A stretch of DNA of 44,068 nt, taken from assembly GCA_964646895.1 (NCBI GenBank), contig CAZYIP010000002.1, forward strand, positions 17,157 to 61,224, given 5' to 3'. A program made the translations under genes and the position numbers. Below the pieces are notes generated by a model that was not told the origin of the DNA, searched no databases, and was given only the letters and a program-made list of their open reading frames with translations. How positions within the stretch are numbered: the stretch's first letter is position 1; each line of letters begins with the position of its first letter. The DNA is from an uncultured Salinisphaerales bacterium. GTDB lineage: Bacteria; Pseudomonadota; Gammaproteobacteria; Nevskiales; CAZYIP01. Of this stretch, positions 16,994 to 24,312 are shown in pieces.

Positions 16994-17419
16994 GTCGTCA
17001 CCTTTGTGTTCGTTACCTCGGTGTCTGCGCGGGCCCGGGTCTCTTCGGCGGGACGATTGCCGGCATGTCGCGTTATAATCGCGGCCGGATCGGCTTCCAC
17101 GTTGGCGGTTTGCGTATGTCCCGTGCCCCGGATCGACAAGAATTTCCGGGTGCCCTGTGTTGAAGAGGACACCACCGCGGCGCAGGTAGCCCGAGCGGGA
17201 AAACCTGCGGAAGAATACTGGAAAACCGCGCGCGATCCCAATTATGACACTATGCCGCATGTTTTTCGTTGACGCGCACGGGACCAGAAGATAACGTTAT
17301 TGGCGTGTCGCTTGCGGGTCATTGCGGTTGCCTGGATGCTCCGGGCCCAGCTGTGTGCAGGGATCGCGGCGGTCTTTCCGGATGCAACACCCATTTCAGA
17401 ACGAGAGGCAATCGTAGTC

Positions 17420-18064
17420 ATGCGAATTGTGCTGCTTGGCGCACCGGGCTCGGGGAAGGGTACTCAGGCCAGGAAACTCATGGACAAATACGCCGTCCCG
17501 CAGGTCTCCACGGGGGATTTGCTGCGCGCGGCGGTGGCCGCGGATACCGAGCTCGGACGGCAGGCCAGGCAGGCGATGGACCGGGGCGATCTGGTGGCGG
17601 ACGACATCGTGGTGGGCATGATCCGCGAGCGTCTGCAAGAGCCGGACAGCCGCGTCGGCTTCGTGCTCGACGGCTTTCCGCGCAGCCATGCGCAGGCGGT
17701 GGCACTGGACGGGATGCTGGATGAGCTCGGCAAGCCGGTGGAAACCGCACTGTTGATCCAGGTCGATGAAGACGCGCTGTTCAAACGCCTGTCCGGGCGC
17801 CGCGTCTGCCGCAAGTGCGGGCACATGTTCAATGTCTATTACAACCCGCCACGCGTGGAGGGCCTCTGCGACGTGTGCGGCAGCGAACTGTATCAGCGCG
17901 ACGACGACAATGAAGGCGTCATCGCCAACCGGCTGCGTGTCTACCAGGAGCAGACTCGCCCGGTGATCGAGTATTACCGCGACCAGTCCAAACTGGCGAC
18001 GGTCGATGGCGAGGGGAGCATGAACGAGGTGTTCGACCGTATCGTGCGGGAGCTGCCGGCCTAG
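17420..18064 (+). CDS. adk: Adenylate kinase
   Basis: 214 aa from ATG 17420. MRIVLLGAPGSGKGTQA P-loop, GFVLDGFPRS, and a lid with CRKC...CDVC. Confidence 0.93.
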   Translation: MRIVLLGAPGSGKGTQARKLMDKYAVPQVSTGDLLRAAVAADTELGRQARQAMDRGDLVADDIVVGMIRERLQEPDSRVGFVLDGFPRSHAQAVALDGMLDELGKPVETALLIQVDEDALFKRLSGRRVCRKCGHMFNVYYNPPRVEGLCDVCGSELYQRDDDNEGVIANRLRVYQEQTRPVIEYYRDQSKLATVDGEGSMNEVFDRIVRELPA

Positions 18065-18077
18065 CCGCTCCCAGCCG

Positions 18078-18686
<609 letters not shown>

Positions 18687-18718
18687 TCAGGACCATGTTA
18701 CGGGGGCGGCGCGAGTAT

Positions 18719-19081
18719 TTACCACGCCGCCCGAAACGCATCCTGAATCCACTCCAGATCATCGTCATCGATGCCGACCACATCGAAGCGCACCGGTCGC
18801 CGCGCCAGCTCCGGGCGCGCCATCAGCAGATGGCGGGTCGCGGCGATGATGCGGCGCTGCTTCGGCACGGTGACGCTGGCAGCGGCGCGGCCGAAATCTC
18901 CGCGCTTGCGCACGCGGACCTCGACGACGGCCACGCTGCCCGCGTGATCCATGACCAGGTCCAGTTCACCCAGACGGCAGCGGTAGTTGCGCGCGATCGT
19001 GCGCAGCCCCGCCGCCTTCAGGTGTTCCTGTGCACGCTGCTCGCCGGACCGGCCTCGACGATGACGCAAAGGCAGTGTCAT
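18719..19081 (-). CDS. yraN: YraN family (UPF0102) predicted endonuclease
   Basis: 120 aa. GEQRAQEHLKAAGLRTIARNYRCRLGELDLVM......VVEVRVR and ARFDVV are typical of the family. The ATG overlaps the lpoA stop (ATGA at 19078-19081). Confidence 0.85.
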   Translation of the reverse strand: MTLPLRHRRGRSGEQRAQEHLKAAGLRTIARNYRCRLGELDLVMDHAGSVAVVEVRVRKRGDFGRAAASVTVPKQRRIIAATRHLLMARPELARRPVRFDVVGIDDDDLEWIQDAFRAAW

Positions 19082-20343
19082 TGCCGGGCCGCCACCGGTG
19101 CGCTGGACGCCTGCTCGTCGAGCAGCTGTGGTTTTCCGTTCCGGAATTCAGCACAGACAAGATGACGGCGAATGCGATACGCGCCCTGATCGCTCAGCGA
19201 GAGCGTGCCCGTTACCGTCCCCGGGACGCTTTCCCGCGACAAGGCGTTTGCCGCGATCAGAGTGCTCAGGCGATAGGCGTCGTAGCCCAGCGCGAACAGG
19301 CGCGGCTGGGCCTGCAGGAGCTGCGGCCACAGTGTTTCCGCCCGCTTGCGCAGGTTGGCGATGTCGCCGCTCTGGTCCAGGGTCCAGGGCATGTCGCAGA
19401 AGCGAACGCCATCCATATCGCTGTCGTGGCGCGGATCGGGCTGCCCCGTATAGATCGACGAGATGGCGTAGGTCGGAACCCGCGAGGCGTGATAAAAGCG
19501 CAGTTGTGGCCGTATCCGGCGTGCCTGTTCGGGCTGGGCTGCGAAAAAAATGAAATCCATGTCGTTGCGGCGCTCGGGATCGTAGGGCACCGCCGACGGG
19601 GCGAGGTTCGCCGGTTGCGTCTCTGGACGCTTTCTGCCGGTTTGCAGCAGATAGGTGATCGTCTGGCTGTAGTCGTCCTGGCCTGGATCATAGACCGCGT
19701 AATCCACCACGCTACCGCCCGCGGCGTCGAGAGCATCGCGGAAAGCCTGCAGGATTCGCTTGCCGCGGTCGCCCTGCGGCGTCAGCACCAGGGCGCGTTT
19801 CAGCCCCTTGCTGGCGGCCCGGCGCGCTACCTCCGCGGCTTCCTCCGCCGGCGACAGACCGAATTCGAAGAAGTCGGCCGGCGGATGTATGTGGCTTTCC
19901 GGGTAGTTCAGCGCCAATACCGGCGTGTTGCCGTCGGCGCTCAGCGCGAGCGCGTTCACGGCCGCCTTGGACAGGGGGCCGACAATGACGCGCGCGCCAT
20001 CCGTGACCGCCTGGCGGTACAGTGCGGCGATCCCGTTGCCGTCACCGTTGCCGGGATAGATGCGCACCGGGAGCCGCGGTCCCTGTTGCTGATAATACGC
20101 ATACAGAAAGCCGTCGCGCACAGCGGTCGCCGGCGCTCGCAAGCGCCCCTGCAATGGCAGAATTACCGCGATTTGGTTGCCCTGGGCGCCTGTTATCGCC
20201 TCCTTGCCGTGCGGCGGCGCGGGCCTGGCGGGCTGCTCCGGAGGCGCCTGGGCACCACCGGGAGGGGGTTGTTGTTCCGGGCGCGGTGCGGCACAGGCCG
20301 CCAGCAGCAGGGCGAACAGGCAGAGGAGAAACGGTTTAGACAT
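19078..20343 (-). CDS. lpoA: Penicillin-binding protein activator LpoA-like lipoprotein (short form)
   Basis: 421 aa from ATG 20343. The signal peptide MSKPFLLCLFALLLAAC carries a lipobox and is followed by a Pro-rich linker. A periplasmic-binding-protein-like domain follows (IAVILPLQGRLRAPATAVRDGF...). The gene is divergent from rsmI and upstream of yraN, as in E. coli. Confidence 0.75.
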   Translation of the reverse strand: MSKPFLLCLFALLLAACAAPRPEQQPPPGGAQAPPEQPARPAPPHGKEAITGAQGNQIAVILPLQGRLRAPATAVRDGFLYAYYQQQGPRLPVRIYPGNGDGNGIAALYRQAVTDGARVIVGPLSKAAVNALALSADGNTPVLALNYPESHIHPPADFFEFGLSPAEEAAEVARRAASKGLKRALVLTPQGDRGKRILQAFRDALDAAGGSVVDYAVYDPGQDDYSQTITYLLQTGRKRPETQPANLAPSAVPYDPERRNDMDFIFFAAQPEQARRIRPQLRFYHASRVPTYAISSIYTGQPDPRHDSDMDGVRFCDMPWTLDQSGDIANLRKRAETLWPQLLQAQPRLFALGYDAYRLSTLIAANALSRESVPGTVTGTLSLSDQGAYRIRRHLVCAEFRNGKPQLLDEQASSAPVAARQ

Positions 20344-20633
20344 AGGCGAGCGGCAATTGTGAGCTTCCGGAATCCGGCCGTCCTGCTGACGACGCGCCTG
20401 CATACCTTACCCTATGCCAGCGGTTCTTACACAGTAGTAGAAAGCCGCCTGGTCCGGGAGGCTTGGGTGGAATGGCCCTGGTCGCAAGTGTGGTTTTCAT
20501 CGCGGCTGGATCGCTTCCACATTCGCAGTGCGGGGCCGGCGCAAGCCGCGGTCAGATTGCTGCAAACGAGGAGTGGGCAACGCCGCCATGTATCATTCAC
20601 GGACAGGCTCTTACTCGCATGGGCGAAGTCAGC

Positions 20634-21527
20634 ATGGAAACCGCAGGGCAAGGCGCCACGGTGGCCGCGGGTACGCTGTTCGTGGTGGCGACTCCGATTG
20701 GCAACCTCGACGACCTCAGCGCGCGTGCGCGCCGCGTTCTCGCGGAGGTCGATCTGATCGCCGCGGAGGATACGCGGCATAGTGCGCGCCTGTTGTCGCA
20801 TTACGGCATCGCGACCCGATGCGTACCCCTGCACGGGCACAACGAAACACGGGTAGCGCCGAGACTCGTCGCCCGCCTGCTTGAAGGTTCCGCGATAGCG
20901 CTGGTTTCGGATGCCGGCACGCCACTGCTCAGCGATCCCGGATTCGAACTGGTGCGTGCCGCGCGCGCGGCCGGTGTGGCGGTGGTGCCGGTGCCCGGGC
21001 CGAGCGCGCTGCTCGCTGCGCTGTCGGTGGCCGGGCTGCCTGCGGAGCGCTTCGTGTTCGAGGGCTTCCTGCCCGCCAGAAGCGGTGCGCGCCGACACCG
21101 GCTGGAGGCGCTGCGCGATGAGTCCCGCACCCTGGTGTTGTTCGAGGCGCCGCACCGGATCGAAGCCTGTCTGGCGGATCTGGTGGACGTGTTCGGGCCT
21201 GATCGCCCGGCGGCCGCAGCTCGCGAGCTGACCAAGATCCACGAGGAAGTGATCTCCGGCACGCTGGCCGGACTTGCTGCTGCCTTTGCCGGCGCCAGCG
21301 ACCGTCGCCGCGGCGAATTCGTGCTCGTGATCGGCGGCGCCACGGTGCCGGAGGATGCCACCGCAGCCGCCGTGGATTCGGATCGGTTGCTGCGCCTGCT
21401 GGTGCGCGAATTGCCGCTGAAAAAAGCTTCCGCAATCGTCGCCGAGGCGACCGGGCAGAAGAAGAACGCCGTCTACGCGCGCGCGCTGGCACTGCGCGAA
21501 GCGGGAGTTGGGCGCTCGCCATGTTAA
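20634..21527 (+). CDS. rsmI: 16S rRNA (cytidine1402-2'-O)-methyltransferase
   Basis: TLFVVATPIGNLDDLSARARRVLAEVDLIAAEDTRHSARLL is the RsmI N-terminal signature. The start is uncertain: ATG 20634 is preferred by length comparison with E. coli, and ATG 20619 is also possible. The track start at 20463 is an unlikely extension. Confidence 0.85.
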   Translation: METAGQGATVAAGTLFVVATPIGNLDDLSARARRVLAEVDLIAAEDTRHSARLLSHYGIATRCVPLHGHNETRVAPRLVARLLEGSAIALVSDAGTPLLSDPGFELVRAARAAGVAVVPVPGPSALLAALSVAGLPAERFVFEGFLPARSGARRHRLEALRDESRTLVLFEAPHRIEACLADLVDVFGPDRPAAAARELTKIHEEVISGTLAGLAAAFAGASDRRRGEFVLVIGGATVPEDATAAAVDSDRLLRLLVRELPLKKASAIVAEATGQKKNAVYARALALREAGVGRSPC

Positions 21528-21530
21528 AAT
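21522..21530 (+). promoter_or_regulatory. Putative extended -10 promoter of rnpB, overlapping the rsmI stop codon
   Basis: TGTTAAAAT (TGn + TAAAAT) at 21522-21530. The predicted 5' end of RNase P RNA (G 21538) lies 8 nt downstream. The rsmI TAA (21525-21527) is inside the hexamer. I found no good -35. Confidence 0.45.
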
Positions 21531-21537
21531 AATACCC

Positions 21538-21984
21538 GGGAGTCGGCCGGGCAGTCGCTGCCTCGTCGTTGTGCGAGGCAGAGGAAAGTCCGGGCTCCGC
21601 AGGACAGGACGCCAGGTAACGCCTGGGGGGCGCGAGCCCACGGAAAGTGCCACAGAAAACATACCGCCCAGCACCTATTTTTGCCGACAATGTCGGCTTC
21701 CCACAGCAACATGTGTGTGGCAGCGATGTCGCAGCACGCGCTGGCGGTGAAGAAATAGGTGCTGGGTAAGGGTGAAATGGTGCGGTAAGAGCGCACCGCG
21801 CCGGCGGTAACGCCGGTGGCAGGGTAAACCCCGTCCGGAGCAAGACCAAATAGGGGAGCACGGCGCACCGCGCCGACATGTTGTCCGCATGGCTCCCGGG
21901 TAGGTCGCTGGAGGTGCGCGGCGACGCGCATTCGAGATGAATGACTGCTCTTGACAGAACCCGGCTTACAGGCCGGCTCCCACT
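21538..21984 (+). ncRNA. rnpB: RNase P RNA, bacterial type A
   Basis: It is collinear with E. coli M1 RNA through these blocks: GAGGAAAGTCCGGGCTCC, GCCAGGTAACGCCTGGGGGG, ACAGAAAACATACCGCC, GGTAAGGGTGAAA-GGTGCGGTAAGAGCGCACC, GGGTAAACCCC, AGCAAGACCAAATAGG, AGATGAATGACTG and ACAGAACCCGGCTTA. P1 pairs GGGAGTCGGCC (21538-) with GGCCGGCTCCC (21971-21981). The ends are good to about +/-5 nt. Confidence 0.93.
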
Positions 21985-22248
21985 TTACTCCCCACTCCCC
22001 ACTGACGGCCTAACCACAAAGGTCTTGGCAAGGCTATACCGTTCGTCGGATTTCCGATACCGTATGTCGCGCCGCCGCGCGGGAAACCGCCCGCCCGCTC
22101 TCTTTATAATGTGAAAGTTGTTTCTTAGTTTATTACTCTACCACTTTGTTTAATTGAAGTTTTACCGATCCTCGACAAAGCTCAAATTCGGCATTTAAGT
22201 CTCTGTTTCAGCATCCGTTTTTAAGCCTGTGCAGCATCTGCTCCTTGC

Positions 22249-22277
22249 TTGACAGGGGTATGGGCCGACCCTATAGT
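22249..22277 (+). promoter_or_regulatory. Pmra-type sigma70 promoter of the dcw cluster
   Basis: TTGACA (22249-22254), exactly 17 nt, then TATAGT (22272-22277). It lies 57 nt upstream of the mraZ start. Confidence 0.7.
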
Positions 22278-22285
22278 GCCGCGAA

Positions 22286-22310
22286 ATGGTTTTTTGTGGT
22301 GAATAGTGGG
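22286..22310 (+). promoter_or_regulatory. Predicted MraZ operator: three direct TGG-core repeats at 10-bp spacing
   Basis: ATGGT (22286-22290), TTTTT, GTGGT (22296-22300), GAATA, GTGGG (22306-22310). This matches the three pentamers with 5-nt spacers described for E. coli MraZ binding (TGGGN repeats). The site is immediately downstream of the -10. Confidence 0.6.
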
Positions 22311-22333
22311 GCAAGGCCTCAAACGGGGGGGTA

Positions 22334-22774
22334 GTGTTCAGAGGCGCCAGTCTGCTGACCGTAGACGCCAAGGGCCGCGTAGCCATTCCAGCGCGGCATC
22401 GGCAGACATTGGCGGATACCTGCGAGGGTCAGATGGTGATGACCGTCGACAAGGATCGATGCCTGCTTCTGTATCCACTGCCCACCTGGCTTGAAATCGA
22501 GAAGAAGCTGCAGGCGTTGCCGGCGTATAACCCAAGCACGCGAAAACTGCAGCGTTTTCTGGTCGGACACGCCACCGAACTGGAGATGGACAAGCAGGGG
22601 CGCTTGCTGTTGCCACCGGTCCTGCGCGATTTCGCAAGCATCGACCGGCGCGCGATGCTGGTGGGACAAGTCAACAAGTTCGAGCTGTGGGACGAAGCCG
22701 CATGGAACGAGCAATGGATCGAACCCCCTGACGACATTGCTCTGCCCGAGGGCTTCGAGGCTCTCACCATCTGA
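22334..22774 (+). CDS. mraZ: Division/cell wall cluster transcriptional regulator MraZ
   Basis: GTG start after a GGGGGG SD; 146 aa. MFRGASLLTVDAKGRVAIPARHR plus a second repeat (MDKQGRLLLPPVLR) give the duplicated MraZ fold. Confidence 0.93.
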   Translation: MFRGASLLTVDAKGRVAIPARHRQTLADTCEGQMVMTVDKDRCLLLYPLPTWLEIEKKLQALPAYNPSTRKLQRFLVGHATELEMDKQGRLLLPPVLRDFASIDRRAMLVGQVNKFELWDEAAWNEQWIEPPDDIALPEGFEALTI

Positions 22775-22835
22775 CGATCGTAGCCGTGGCGACAGAGGTC
22801 GCCGCACAAGAAGCAACAAAGGCCCTGACGGGCTT

Positions 22836-22993
22836 GTCAACAATCACCCACGGGGCCGCGTGGTGGTCAAAAGATGCGGCCGGCCAAGGCGCGAGGAGTG
22901 AAGTCTGGTGCTTCCAAACGAACGACGGGCAATGCTGGCTGGCCGTGTTTTGGACCACCACCCGCCGGCACGGCTTCGCAGGTGATTGCTGAC
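22836..22993. repeat. Nested imperfect inverted repeat (about 160 nt) in the mraZ-rsmH spacer
   Basis: Outer arms GTCAACAATCACC (22836-22848)/GGTGATTGCTGAC (22981-22993) are complementary at 12 of 13 positions. The inner arms 22860-22885/22937-22961 form about 22 bp in three segments (9+4+9, one G-U) around a 51-nt loop. Confidence 0.7.
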
Positions 22994-23108
22994 GGGCTCT
23001 GGGTCCCACTGGTGGTGCGTAATGACTGCTCTGTCGCTTGCAACGGTCCGACAGGTTCCGCCCGGCACTCGGGGCCCTGGCTGGCGGGCGCTCGCGATTG
23101 ATTTGCCC

Positions 23109-24053
23109 ATGACGGCGTCGCACACCCCGGTTTTGCTGGATCAGGTCCTGGACGCGCTTGCCGTTCGCCCAGGAGGCATCTATGTCGATGCGACTTTCGG
23201 TCGTGGCGGTCACAGCGCGGCGATGGTCGATCGGCTGGGTGGCGACGGCCGCCTCATCGCCCTGGATCGCGATCCCGAAGCCTGCGCCGAGGCCCGGCGC
23301 CGGTTTGGCGACGATGGGCGCGTCAGTGTCCACCATGCCAATTTCGCCGATCTCGGCGAGGTGCTGGAAAAGGCCGGCGCCCGCGGCCGGGTGGACGGGC
23401 TGCTCATGGACCTGGGCGTGTCGTCGCCGCAACTGGACCAGGCCGCGCGCGGGTTCAGCTTTCGCCATGGCGGACCGCTCGACATGCGCATGGACCCGGG
23501 CACTGGCGTGAGCGCGGCGGCGTGGCTGGCGCGGGTCGACGAGGATGAGCTTGCGCGGGTACTGCGCGACTACGGTGAGGAGCGCCTGCATCGGCGCATT
23601 GCGCGCGCCATCGTGCGCGCCCGAAGCGAAGCCGCCATTGCGACCACGTCGCAGCTGGCGGAGATAGTGAGTGCCGCGGTGCCGCGCAGGCCGGGGCCAC
23701 CGCCGCGCATTCATCCGGCAACGCGCACGTTCATGGCGTTGCGCATTTTCGTCAACGCAGAGCTGGACGCCCTGCGCGCGGCCTTGCCACAGGCCATCGA
23801 CGCGCTTGCGCCGGGCGGACGCCTGGCAGTGATCGCCTTTCATTCGCTGGAGGATCGCATCGTCAAGCGTGAACTGCGTGCCGCCGCCCGGCCGTCGCCG
23901 CCGGATCCGCTGCGGCTGCTGCCGCCGCCGGCGGCGCGTCTCAGGCTGCTGGGGCGGGCTCGCCGGCCGGATGCGAGCGAGGCCGAGCGGAACCCGCGCG
24001 CGCGCAGCGCTGTCCTGCGTGTGGCCGAAAAGCTGGAGCCGGCCGGTGCGTAG
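23109..24053 (+). CDS. rsmH: 16S rRNA (cytosine1402-N4)-methyltransferase
   Basis: 314 aa from ATG 23109. [36 protein letters not shown] aligns with the E. coli RsmH N-terminus, and [10 protein letters not shown] is present. The track start at 22986 adds 41 non-conserved residues. Confidence 0.9.
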   Translation: MTASHTPVLLDQVLDALAVRPGGIYVDATFGRGGHSAAMVDRLGGDGRLIALDRDPEACAEARRRFGDDGRVSVHHANFADLGEVLEKAGARGRVDGLLMDLGVSSPQLDQAARGFSFRHGGPLDMRMDPGTGVSAAAWLARVDEDELARVLRDYGEERLHRRIARAIVRARSEAAIATTSQLAEIVSAAVPRRPGPPPRIHPATRTFMALRIFVNAELDALRAALPQAIDALAPGGRLAVIAFHSLEDRIVKRELRAAARPSPPDPLRLLPPPAARLRLLGRARRPDASEAERNPRARSAVLRVAEKLEPAGA

Positions 24054-24312
24054 CCTGTTTGTCGTCGTCGTGCTGACATCACTGGTGCTGGTGTCGGCCC
24101 TGGCCGTGATCGAGTTCAAGCATCAGAGCCGCACCCTGTACAACCAGTTGCAGGTGTTGCGCGTGGAGCGCGACCAGATGCAGACGGAATGGGCGCAGCT
24201 TCAACTGGAGGAAAGCGCGTGGGCAAATCGCGGCCGCGTTGAACACATCGCGCGCTCCCGGCTCGATATGCACGAGCCGACACAGTATTCCATCGTGGTT
24301 GTGAAGCAGTGA
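24046..24312 (+). CDS. ftsL: Cell division protein FtsL
   Basis: 88 aa from GTG 24046, with GGAG 7 nt upstream; it overlaps the rsmH end by 8 nt. It has a single TM ([19 protein letters not shown]) followed by a coiled-coil-like segment. The call rests on position between rsmH and ftsI. Confidence 0.8.
   Translation: MRSLFVVVVLTSLVLVSALAVIEFKHQSRTLYNQLQVLRVERDQMQTEWAQLQLEESAWANRGRVEHIARSRLDMHEPTQYSIVVVKQ

Noticed and set aside
16994-17260. N-terminal extensions given by the ORF track. Examples are pfp from 17260, cysQ from 8164, adk from 17300, rsmH from 22986, ddl from 34730, ftsZ from 38021, lpxC from 39450, rsmI from 20463 and aconitase from 4156.
   Set aside because: The extensions are non-conserved and low-complexity, and several overlap upstream genes. 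Internal starts reproduce the N-termini of E. coli homologues and have SD sequences or stop/start coupling.
22786-22992. 68-codon GTG-initiated ORF (W/C-rich: ...AAWWSKD...VWCFQTNDGQCWLAVFW...) filling the mraZ-rsmH spacer.
   Set aside because: It has no SD. By hand count about 70% of third positions are G/C, lower than in flanking genes. The ORF is spanned by the nested inverted repeat, which explains the sequence better as RNA or repeat structure. It is kept only as a low-probability alternative.
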